Positions 11,422-19,021 of a DNA stretch of 32,000 nt are shown here, one piece after another; the stretch's first letter is position 1; each line of letters opens with the position of its first letter. Position numbers and translations under genes: made by a program. The stretch comes from an uncultured Erysipelotrichaceae bacterium (GTDB lineage: Bacteria; Bacillota_I; Bacilli_A; Erysipelotrichales; Erysipelotrichaceae). The DNA is taken from positions 13,316 to 45,315 of the forward strand of contig CAYNZZ010000010.1 in the NCBI GenBank assembly GCA_964401865.1, given 5' to 3'. The notes beneath the pieces were generated by a model, which was not told where the DNA came from, made no database searches, and saw only the letters and a program-made list of their open reading frames with translations.

Positions 11422-12397
11422 TATAAGAAATCCAGTAGTTATTGCACCAATGGCAGGCATTTCTAATGCAGCTTTCAGACAACTGGCATTTGAAAACGGA
11501 GCTGGCTTAGTATACACTGAAATGGTATCGGATAAAGCTATCTTTTATAACAATAAGAAAACAATTAATATGGCAGAGGTTGATAATTCTTTTCATCCGG
11601 TTAGCTTGCAGATATTTGGCAGCAGTGTTGAAACGATGGTTTATGCTGCTAAATATGTTGATGAAAAAACTAATGCTGACATTGTAGATATAAATATGGG
11701 CTGTCCAGTAAATAAAGTAGTTAAAACTGGAGCAGGAAGTGCATTGTTACTGAATCCCAAAAAAGCAATTGAGATCGCTAAAGAAGTGGTGAAATCGTGC
11801 AAAAAACCAGTAAGCGTCAAGATGCGTGTTGGTTATTATAATGATGGTTTTGATTATCTAGACTTTGCCCAAAAATTAGAAGCCACAGGTATATCGTTAT
11901 TGGCTGTGCATGGAAGAACAAGAAGCCAAATGTATGAAGGAAAAGCCGATTGGTCAAAGATAAAAACTATCAAGGAACATCTTAAAATTCCAGTTATTGG
12001 TAACGGCGATATTAAAACCGTTGATGATTTTATAAGATGTAAGGACTATTCTAAAGTCGATGGAGTAATGATAGGTCGTGGTGTGGTAGGTAATCCTTTT
12101 CTGATTAAAGAGATAAATAATTATTTAGCAGGAAAGAATAATTATGAAGTAATATATCAGGAACGATTTGATATGTGTCTAAAACACTTTGAAAAATTAA
12201 TCGCTTTATATGGAGAAAAACTGGCTACATCACAAATGCGTGGTTTAGCACCTCATTATCTTACTGGTTTAGTTCAAAGTGCGATGTATAGAGGAAAATG
12301 TAATTCCATAAGTTCATATGACGATTTAAAAATGATACTTGATGAATATACGCTTTTTTTGCAAAATGATTGTCAAGTACATAATAATGTATTATAA
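11399..12397 (+). CDS. dusB: tRNA-dihydrouridine synthase
   Basis: Dus family pattern: VIAPMAGISNAAFR, DINMGCPVNKV, HGRTRSQMY, GNGDI. It overlaps the hslO end by 23 nt. Confidence 0.85.
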   Translation: MFKVKNLDIRNPVVIAPMAGISNAAFRQLAFENGAGLVYTEMVSDKAIFYNNKKTINMAEVDNSFHPVSLQIFGSSVETMVYAAKYVDEKTNADIVDINMGCPVNKVVKTGAGSALLLNPKKAIEIAKEVVKSCKKPVSVKMRVGYYNDGFDYLDFAQKLEATGISLLAVHGRTRSQMYEGKADWSKIKTIKEHLKIPVIGNGDIKTVDDFIRCKDYSKVDGVMIGRGVVGNPFLIKEINNYLAGKNNYEVIYQERFDMCLKHFEKLIALYGEKLATSQMRGLAPHYLTGLVQSAMYRGKCNSISSYDDLKMILDEYTLFLQNDCQVHNNVL

Positions 12398-12409
12398 TTA
12401 CGAAGCTAT

Positions 12410-12556
12410 AAAACCTTATCAAGAGCGGTGGAGGGAATAGGCCCAAAGAAACCCGGCAACCTGTTTAGCAAGGTGCTAAATCCTACAGATTTATTCTGGA
12501 AGATGAGGAAATAAATTTTGTTTATTTGCCTCTTCTTTGTGAAGAGGTTTTATATT
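12410..12556 (+). promoter_or_regulatory. SAM-I (S-box) riboswitch with terminator expression platform, leader of metK
   Basis: The aptamer core is cttatcaagagcggtggagggaataggcccaaagaaacccggcaacc...aaggtgctaaatcc...gaagatgagg. It is followed by the terminator cctcttc-tttgt-gaagagg plus a T-run (12528-12556). Confidence 0.9.
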
Positions 12557-12576
12557 ATTAGGAGGGAAAGAAAGAC

Positions 12577-13725
12577 ATGAAAACAATTTTTACTTCAGAA
12601 TCCGTTACTAAAGGTCATCCTGATAAAATATGTGACCAAGTATCAGATGCTATTTTAGATGCGATTATTGCCCAAGATCCTCACGCTCATGTTGCGTGTG
12701 AAACAGTTGCTTCAAAAAACATATTAATTATTACTGGCGAGATATCGACTAATGCAAATATTGATGTTGAAAAGATTGCTAGAGAAACTGTAAAAGAAAT
12801 TGGTTATACAAGAAAAGAGTGGGGTTTCAAATATGATGAAATCGATGTTGAAATCAGACTGAGCAAGCAATCTAGTGACATCAATCAAGGAGTATGCTTA
12901 AATGACGAGGAAATCGGTGCTGGCGACCAAGGCATGATGTTTGGCTACGCATGTGATGAGACTGATAATTATATGCCTTTATCGTTTGAACTAGCTTCAA
13001 AACTTGCTAAGAAATTAGATGAAGTTAGAGAAAATAAAACATTAGATTATTTGGGACCTGACGGTAAATCGCAAGTGAGTATCGAATATGAAAATGGCAA
13101 GATAAATAGAATAGATACTATCGTTGTGTCTAATCAACATTTAGACAGCGTTGATATTGAAACAGTTAGAAAAGACATTAAGAAATATGTCATTGACGAA
13201 ACGATCGACCAATCATTGATCGATGAAAATACTAAGATTTTAATCAATCCGACTGGTAGATTTGTAATTGGTGGACCTATTGGTGATGTTGGCTTAACCG
13301 GAAGAAAAATCATTGTGGATACATATGGTGGTTATGCTCCTCACGGTGGCGGCGCTTTCTCAGGAAAGGATCCTAGTAAAGTCGATAGAAGTGCAGCTTA
13401 TTATGCTAGATACATAGCTAAACATTTGGTAGCTGCTAAACTATGTGACAAAGCGATGATTCAAGCTTCCTATGCAATCGGTGTTCCATCTCCGGTGTCA
13501 CTGTATGTTGAATGCTACGGAACAAATCATACAGCGATGGAAAACATTTATGCAGCTATTAACGATTGTTTTGATTTAAGTGTTAAAAATTTAATTGATG
13601 AACTAGGACTTCAAAGACCAATTTATAAAAACTTAGCAAGTTATGGCCATATGGGTAGAGAAGATTTAAATTCTCCTTTTGAAAAACTTGATAAACTTGA
13701 AAAAGTTAAGACTTATCTAAAATAA
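12577..13725 (+). CDS. metK: S-adenosylmethionine synthetase
   Basis: Motifs present: FTSESVTKGHPDKICDQVSDAILDA, GAGDQGMMFGYA, GGGAFSGKDPSKVDRSAAY. A GGAGGG RBS lies upstream. Confidence 0.95.
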   Translation: MKTIFTSESVTKGHPDKICDQVSDAILDAIIAQDPHAHVACETVASKNILIITGEISTNANIDVEKIARETVKEIGYTRKEWGFKYDEIDVEIRLSKQSSDINQGVCLNDEEIGAGDQGMMFGYACDETDNYMPLSFELASKLAKKLDEVRENKTLDYLGPDGKSQVSIEYENGKINRIDTIVVSNQHLDSVDIETVRKDIKKYVIDETIDQSLIDENTKILINPTGRFVIGGPIGDVGLTGRKIIVDTYGGYAPHGGGAFSGKDPSKVDRSAAYYARYIAKHLVAAKLCDKAMIQASYAIGVPSPVSLYVECYGTNHTAMENIYAAINDCFDLSVKNLIDELGLQRPIYKNLASYGHMGREDLNSPFEKLDKLEKVKTYLK

Positions 13726-13801
13726 TTAATACTATTAATTTGCTCAATATTTCTGCCTTTATTTGTTTCATAGCTTAAAAATTGTTATTATTTAGAAGAA
13801 T

Positions 13802-14554
13802 ATGTTATTAACGGTTGATATAGGAAATACAAATATAAAATTAGGTATATATGATGGCGATAAAAAAATAGCCTTTAAACGCTTTGAAACAAGTAGTGAT
13901 AATCAGAAATTTTACTATGAGGAATTATTAAGAGAAAATAATCTTTTCGGTGAGATTGATGATGCGATAATATCGTGTGTAGTTCCACAATTAAAAGAAG
14001 AGAATATTAAAATCATTAATTCTTTAATCAATGGCGAATGTATTATTGTTGACCATCTAATCGATAGTGGAATTGTTGTCGATACTGATAATCCAGAGGA
14101 AGTTGGAAGTGATCTCATTACAATGTGTTCTTACGCATACCATATGACAAATGATGCGGTTATTGTTTTATCTTTCGGCACTGCTAATGTCTTATGTTAT
14201 GTAGATGATAATGCTTGTTTCAAGTATTGTATAATTGCACCAGGGATGTTATTACAAGTAAATTCTCTGTTTTCAAATGCGGCAAAACTTCCGAACTTTC
14301 AATTGGATAAACAAAATTCATGCTTAGTCAATGACACAATAAAAGCGATGAACGTTGGTGTAATAGATGGAACGGTTGGTTCGTTTAATTATCTTATTTC
14401 AAAGATGAAAAAAGAATTAGGCAGAAAAGAAATCAAAATAATTGCATCTGGAGGATTGGGGAAGTATGTTGTTACAGATTTAGGGATAAGCGTATATAAT
14501 CCCGATCTTGTCAGCGATGGACTACGTTATTTATACAATAGATGTAAGAAATGA
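13802..14554 (+). CDS. coaX: Type III pantothenate kinase
   Basis: N-terminal LLTVDIGNTNIKLG of the ASKHA fold. Length is about 250 aa. Confidence 0.85.
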   Translation: MLLTVDIGNTNIKLGIYDGDKKIAFKRFETSSDNQKFYYEELLRENNLFGEIDDAIISCVVPQLKEENIKIINSLINGECIIVDHLIDSGIVVDTDNPEEVGSDLITMCSYAYHMTNDAVIVLSFGTANVLCYVDDNACFKYCIIAPGMLLQVNSLFSNAAKLPNFQLDKQNSCLVNDTIKAMNVGVIDGTVGSFNYLISKMKKELGRKEIKIIASGGLGKYVVTDLGISVYNPDLVSDGLRYLYNRCKK

Positions 14555-14579
14555 TGTTTGTAGAAAGATGGATATAAGT

Positions 14580-15137
14580 ATGAATAAAATTATATTAGCC
14601 AGTGGATCGCCAAGAAGGAAAGAACTTATCGAAACACTAAAGATTCCTTTTTCGGTTATTGTCAGTGATATAGATGAGAGTATTGATGAAAATGCTAATT
14701 TAGTAGATGAAATTGAGAAATTATCTTATAAAAAAGCCTTAGCCGTATTTAAAGATCATAAGGATGCGGTTGTGATTGGAGCTGATACCATTGTTGTACA
14801 TAACAATGAAGTATTAGGTAAACCTAAAACCGAAGAAAATGCGATTAAAATGTTAAATAAAATTCAAGGTGATTGGCATGAAGTGATAACTGCGGTTTCA
14901 ATCATTTCTGTTAAACAAAGTGAAACGTTTTCGGTAGTTTCAAGAGTTCACTTTTATCCAATGGATGACGAAGAAATAAAACTATATGTCAATTCTAAAG
15001 AACCATTAGATAAAGCCGGAGCATACGCCATTCAAGGAGAAGGAAGTCGCTATATAAAAGAAATTAAAGGCGATTATTATTCAATTATGGGTTTGCCAAT
15101 TAGCGAACTTTATCGTAGAATTAAAAAGTACCTATAA
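14580..15137 (+). CDS. maf: Maf-like nucleoside triphosphate pyrophosphatase
   Basis: Motifs present: MNKIILASGSPRRKELI, GADTIVV, GKPKTEENA, DKAGAYAIQG. The ORF-track start at 14508 overlaps coaX, so an ATG at 14568 or 14580 is more likely. Confidence 0.85.
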   Translation: MNKIILASGSPRRKELIETLKIPFSVIVSDIDESIDENANLVDEIEKLSYKKALAVFKDHKDAVVIGADTIVVHNNEVLGKPKTEENAIKMLNKIQGDWHEVITAVSIISVKQSETFSVVSRVHFYPMDDEEIKLYVNSKEPLDKAGAYAIQGEGSRYIKEIKGDYYSIMGLPISELYRRIKKYL

Positions 15138-15146
15138 GGTACTTAT

Positions 15147-15220
15147 GCCGATATGGTATAATGGTAACACAAATCCATGGTAAGGATTAGCTCTCAGTTC
15201 AATTCTGGGTATCGGCACCA
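15147..15220 (+). tRNA. tRNA-Thr (anticodon GGU), CCA encoded
   Basis: Folded by hand. Acceptor gccgata/tatcggc; anticodon stem aatcc/ggatt with loop atGGTaa; T-arm ctcag-ttcaatt-ctggg; 3' ACCA. It lies 9 nt after the maf stop. Confidence 0.85.
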
Positions 15221-15230
15221 TATTACACAC

Positions 15231-15256
15231 TAAGCCTTTAATAAGGGCTTTTTTAA
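15231..15256 (+). terminator. Rho-independent terminator after tRNA-Thr
   Basis: The stem aagcctt / aagggctt has one bulge and is followed by tttttt. Confidence 0.55.
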
Positions 15257-15404
15257 TAGTCAAATCATCATTGGAAAGATTTTGAAAAAAAATATAAAAA
15301 TAAAGAGATTATTAATAAATCGACAGATTATTTAAAACGTTTTGTTTGAAATAAATGTCATCCTTAATAAGATATAAATAAAGAAAGAGAGGAAGGCATT
15401 TATT

Positions 15405-15758
15405 ATGAATACAGATAAAATCTATGCAGAGCATATTGCCAATGAATATTCTGCAAAAAAAGAATCAAAAGTAGTGGCACTAAAAAAACTAGATAGAAAG
15501 GCAAAATTACCGGCTGATATATTTGTTTATACTAACGGAATAATTATGAGTTTAATCTTGGGTGTTGGAATGTGTCTATCAATGAACGTTATAGGAAACG
15601 GAAGATTCACTACTTTAGGAATTATTATAGGCGTTTTTGGAATAATTGGTATAACTACAAATTACTTTTCATACAGAAAGATTTTAGCATATTCAAAAGC
15701 AAAATATGCGTCTGATATAATTAGACTTGCAAATGAAATTTCAGAATGTAATAAATAA
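15405..15758 (+). CDS. Small membrane protein, unknown function
   Basis: 117 aa with a charged N-terminal helix and two predicted TM segments (IIMSLILGVGMCLSM, LGIIIGVFGIIGI). A strong AGAGGAAGG RBS lies upstream. Confidence 0.6.
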   Translation: MNTDKIYAEHIANEYSAKKESKVVALKKLDRKAKLPADIFVYTNGIIMSLILGVGMCLSMNVIGNGRFTTLGIIIGVFGIIGITTNYFSYRKILAYSKAKYASDIIRLANEISECNK

Positions 15759-15780
15759 AGATGGGAAGTGGCAGTATTAA

Positions 15781-15990
15781 ATGAACAAAAATGAAAGTAA
15801 GTATTTTAGTACTGCTTTTCTTTTCGATGAAGCGTTGATTTATTTGTTGGAAAAGAAAGAGCTCGAATATATTACTGTAAAAGAGATTTGTGATAAAGCT
15901 GGAGTGAATGGGTCAACTTTTTATTTGCATTATGAATCAATAAAAGATATAAGTAAAATTATTAGTAAGTGCATTAAAAATAATGATTAA
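15781..15990 (+). pseudogene. Truncated TetR-family regulator (N-terminal HTH only, 69 aa)
   Basis: ITVKEICDKAGVNGSTFYLHYESIKD matches the TetR_N HTH. The ORF stops about 120 aa short of a normal TetR, and a convergent gene ends 14 bp downstream. Confidence 0.55.
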
Positions 15991-16004
15991 ATTAAATATT
16001 TTAC

Positions 16005-16412
16005 TTAATTGTTCTTAACGGAATTGTATATAAAATAAACTGATAAAATCATTGAGATTATTATTGAAATTGCAAGATATAAAAGCGGATCATTTAAAGA
16101 ATTGAATAGGAAATTAAATATGGCATTTTGTTTAGTATAAAACACAAAGAAATTCAATACATATAGGCATGGGATAACGGCGTTATATATGAGCACAATT
16201 ACTCCGCCTAGCAATTTAGAAATTTTATCTTTTGAACATATTTTTTCATAGGCATATACCGAGATTGGAGTACAGATAATTAAATATAATATCGTAAGCA
16301 ATTTGCTAATCGGTTCGTTGTGCAGACTGATTAGAACGATACCATTGCTAACTAACCAAGAAATTAAACAAATAGCTAATAATGATAGTGTAGATCGAAT
16401 AAAATTTTTCAT
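16005..16412 (-). CDS. Integral membrane protein, unknown function
   Basis: 135 aa with about four hydrophobic segments and an AGGAGA RBS upstream. I recognise no motif. Confidence 0.5.
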   Translation of the reverse strand: MKNFIRSTLSLLAICLISWLVSNGIVLISLHNEPISKLLTILYLIICTPISVYAYEKICSKDKISKLLGGVIVLIYNAVIPCLYVLNFFVFYTKQNAIFNFLFNSLNDPLLYLAISIIISMILSVYFIYNSVKNN

Positions 16413-16539
16413 ATGTCATGTCTCCTAATTTTAATAATTATCAATTAAAACAATAAATTGTCATATTTTGTTCGTTTAATATAATTGTACTATTATTGTG
16501 GAATTTTTAAATGAAAACATTTAAAAAAATCTATTTGAT

Positions 16540-16569
16540 ATTGATTTTATTGCATCAGTATTGTACAAT
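16540..16569 (+). promoter_or_regulatory. Candidate sigma-70 promoter for tRNA-Leu
   Basis: TTGATT (-35), an 18-nt spacer, then TACAAT (-10). The tRNA 5' end lies about 12 nt downstream. Confidence 0.5.
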
Positions 16570-16580
16570 AATAAAGCAAT

Positions 16581-16663
16581 CCGGGCGTGGCGGAATTGGC
16601 AGACGCACCAGACTTAGAATCTGGCGGGTGACCGTGGGGGTTCAAGTCCCTTCGCCCGGACCA
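16581..16663 (+). tRNA. tRNA-Leu (anticodon UAG), CCA encoded
   Basis: Folded by hand. Acceptor ccgggcg/cgcccgg; D-arm gcg-gaattggcaga-cgc; anticodon stem ccaga/tctgg with loop ctTAGaa; long variable arm cgg-gtga-ccg; T-arm ggggg-ttcaagt-ccctt. Confidence 0.9.
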
Positions 16664-16679
16664 TATAGTTTAAAGAAGG

Positions 16680-16701
16680 TCCTTATTTAAGGATTTTTTT
16701 A
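16680..16701 (+). terminator. Weak terminator after tRNA-Leu
   Basis: The stem tcctt / aagga has a 4-nt loop and is followed by an 8-T run. Confidence 0.45.
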
Positions 16702-16717
16702 TTAATTTTTTCATTAT

Positions 16718-16763
16718 AAAATAGTCCGACGATAAGAAGATATCTCTTTGCCGGACTATTTTT
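16718..16763. terminator. Long-loop hairpin, possible bidirectional terminator
   Basis: A 10-bp perfect inverted repeat aaatagtccg / cggactattt with a 23-nt loop. T-runs flank it on both strands. Confidence 0.4.
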
Positions 16764-16835
16764 GTAATGAGTATTCAATAAATTATTCTTGAAGATATCT
16801 AATGTAATTAAAACAATTATTAATTAAATAGATGC

Positions 16836-17135
16836 TTATTTTCTTATAAAATTCAAATCTGATTGTGGAATGCCTTTATCATCGAGAATGTATCGTTCTA
16901 CTTTCATATGCAAATCATACTTTTCTCTAAGCTTAATTATTTCATTCATTATTGGTGAATCATGATGCTTGTCAATTGAAGATTGATCTTGCCAACTATC
17001 AATTAATAAAACTGTATTTCGTCATCCATAGGAAAGAAATATTCATATCTAAGATTTCCTTCTTTGTTTCAAATAGAATCAACAATACCGCTTGAAATCA
17101 TTTCTTCAGCAAATTTTCTTGCATTGTTATTTATA
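16836..17135 (-). pseudogene. Antibiotic-biosynthesis-monooxygenase (ABM) family pseudogene
   Basis: The minus-strand translation reads ARKFAEEMISSGIVDSI*NKEGNLRYEYFFPMDDE then, after a frameshift, TVLLIDSWQDQSSIDKHHDSPIMNEIIKLREKYDLHMKVERYIL. There is an in-frame TGA at 17069-17071, a 1-nt frameshift in an A-run near 17016-17020, and no start codon. Confidence 0.6.
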
Positions 17136-17235
17136 ACAATTATAGAATCAAAAGCAGATTAAAAGGCTTAACACCTATGGAATATAGGAATCAAGCCTTA
17201 ATTGGTTCTTGTCCAAATAACTGGGTTCAGTTCAA
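17129..17235 (+). mobile_element. Remnant of an IS3-family transposase C-terminus and terminal inverted repeat
   Basis: The plus-strand translation YNNYRIKSRLKGLTPMEYRNQAL matches the conserved end of IS3/IS150 OrfB (YNxxRxxxxLxGLSPxxYR). It is followed by tgtccaaataactgggttcagttca, which resembles an IS3-type terminal repeat. No upstream transposase body is present. The left boundary overlaps the ABM remnant and is ambiguous. Confidence 0.4.
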
Positions 17236-17245
17236 CCTGAATTCT

Positions 17246-18157
17246 TTATTTTGCCCACAAATCAAATGGATATAATCCTTGGTCTTTGTATTCTTGGATT
17301 TTTGCGACAACTTTTGGTTTATCTTCACGATAAGTAACACCAAACCAAGAATCATTACTAGTCAATACTTTAACTTTACACTTATTCTCTTTGATTAAGT
17401 CACCAACATTATTTGGAAGAAGAGCTTCATACTTCAAAGGATTAGCGTTTACGCCATCTGCAAATTGGCTTTTAAATACCTCCATCATCTTATTCATGAT
17501 ATCAGGATTGAAACCCCAGAAATTCATTGATACTACTGTATCGTTATCGACTTCAAATTCTTTGCCGTCTTCTTCAACATACGCATGATCATTAATTTTT
17601 TTGATTTTCATTACTTCTTTAATATCAGTTAAGTTATTGTTTTCATCAGTGTTACAGAATCCTCTTGTAACAGTACCATTATCTGATAAAGTGTTGTACA
17701 ATTTGTAACCAACCATGCAGTAATTGCTATCGCTGACCCCATCTTTTAAATACTCGATAATTTTATTGAACGCATCTTTACCATAAAAGTCATCGGCATT
17801 ACAGATTACAAACGGATCATCTTTTAAAATATTGCGGCAAGCTAATAAAGCATGAGTGGTACCCCAAGGTTTTTCTCTTCCTTCAGGAATTTCTACTCCC
17901 TCCGGGATATCGTGCAAGTCTTGATATGCATATTCAACCTCAATAAATGGTCTGATTTTTGAAGTTAAATGCTCTTCAAAAGCGCTTTCGTGCTCCTTGC
18001 GAATGATTAAGACAAGCTTTTTAAATCCAGCTTGAATAGCATCGTAAATAGTGAAATCAATAATTGTTTCGCCATTATTTCCGACGGTGTCTATTTGTTT
18101 TAGACCACCATATCGTGAGCCCATACCAGCGGCCAGTATAACTAAAGTAGGTTTCAT
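17246..18157 (-). CDS. Sugar-phosphate nucleotidyltransferase family protein
   Basis: The N-terminal LVILAAGMGSRYGGLKQ is a nucleotidyltransferase G-rich loop. KPWGTTHAL and the CNADDFYG pattern are also present. 303 aa. Confidence 0.7.
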   Translation of the reverse strand: MKPTLVILAAGMGSRYGGLKQIDTVGNNGETIIDFTIYDAIQAGFKKLVLIIRKEHESAFEEHLTSKIRPFIEVEYAYQDLHDIPEGVEIPEGREKPWGTTHALLACRNILKDDPFVICNADDFYGKDAFNKIIEYLKDGVSDSNYCMVGYKLYNTLSDNGTVTRGFCNTDENNNLTDIKEVMKIKKINDHAYVEEDGKEFEVDNDTVVSMNFWGFNPDIMNKMMEVFKSQFADGVNANPLKYEALLPNNVGDLIKENKCKVKVLTSNDSWFGVTYREDKPKVVAKIQEYKDQGLYPFDLWAK

Positions 18158-18242
18158 TATTATTTCTCCCTTATAACTCTACATTTATAGTATATTATAG
18201 ATTATATATAAAAGAAATAATAAAAATAAGTAAAATAATAAA

Positions 18243-18271
18243 TTGACAAAATGTACTAATAAGTACAAAAT
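18243..18271 (+). promoter_or_regulatory. Candidate promoter with embedded palindromic operator for the ABC operon
   Basis: TTGACA (18243-18248), a 17-nt spacer containing the perfect palindrome TGTACTaataAGTACA (18252-18267), then CAAAAT as a weak -10. A GGAGG RBS sits at 18286-18290. Confidence 0.45.
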
Positions 18272-18298
18272 AGGAGTAGATATTTGGAGGATAACTAG

Positions 18299-19021
18299 AT
18301 GATTACTTTAAAAAATGTATCTAAATCTTATCGTAAAGGTATTAAATCGGTTGACGATATATCTCTTGAGATTAAAGATGGTGAAATATTCGGATTTTTA
18401 GGGCCTAATGGTGCTGGTAAAACAACCACAATTCGTATGATGACCGGAATATTAGCTCCTGATGAAGGAAGCATTCTTTTTGATGGTTTGGACATTGAAA
18501 AAGATTCTTTTTTAGCTAAAAAAGAGTTTGGATTCGTTCCTGATTCACCAGATTTATTCTTGAACTTAAAAGCTATTGAATATTTGAATTTCTGTGCTGA
18601 TATATATGGTGTCAAAGATAGACAAGAAAAAATTGAAAAACTGACTAAGAAATTTGAAATATACGACAGTTTAAACAATCAGATTCAAAGTTTTTCACAT
18701 GGTATGCGCCAGAAAGTCGTTATATGTGGAGCGTTGCTTCATAATCCAAAAAACTGGATATTGGATGAGCCGATGACCGGACTTGATCCCAAGTCTTCTT
18801 ATGATTTAAAAGAGATGATGCGTGCTCATGCTCAAAATGGAAATTGCGTCTTCTTTTCTACTCATGTACTAGATGTTGCCGAGAAAATATGTGACCGTGT
18901 TGGCATCATCAATAAAGGTAAATTATTATTTGTCGGCACACTAAATGAAATGCGTGAACATTTTAAAGAAGAAGGAACGCTAGAACAAATATTCTTGGAG
19001 ATGACCGAAAATGTTGAATAG
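18299..19021 (+). CDS. ABC transporter ATP-binding protein
   Basis: Walker A GPNGAGKTT, signature-like FSHGMRQKV, Walker B WILDEPMTGLD, H-loop STHVL. Confidence 0.9.
   Translation: MITLKNVSKSYRKGIKSVDDISLEIKDGEIFGFLGPNGAGKTTTIRMMTGILAPDEGSILFDGLDIEKDSFLAKKEFGFVPDSPDLFLNLKAIEYLNFCADIYGVKDRQEKIEKLTKKFEIYDSLNNQIQSFSHGMRQKVVICGALLHNPKNWILDEPMTGLDPKSSYDLKEMMRAHAQNGNCVFFSTHVLDVAEKICDRVGIINKGKLLFVGTLNEMREHFKEEGTLEQIFLEMTENVE

Noticed and set aside
16510-16690. An ORF starting MKTFKKIYLILILL that looks like a signal peptide.
   Set aside because: It reads straight through the tRNA-Leu gene, and the hydrophobic start coincides with the tRNA promoter region. It is most likely spurious.
17069-17071. 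The in-frame TGA in the ABM gene, considered as possible evidence for a TGA=Trp (code 4, Mollicutes) genome.
   Set aside because: All long genes in the window are intact under the standard code with Trp as TGG and no internal TGA. The same ABM gene also carries a frameshift and lacks a start codon, so the TGA is a nonsense mutation.
18328-18678. A 116-aa minus-strand ORF.
   Set aside because: It is antisense to the Walker A region of the ABC ATPase and is a shadow ORF.
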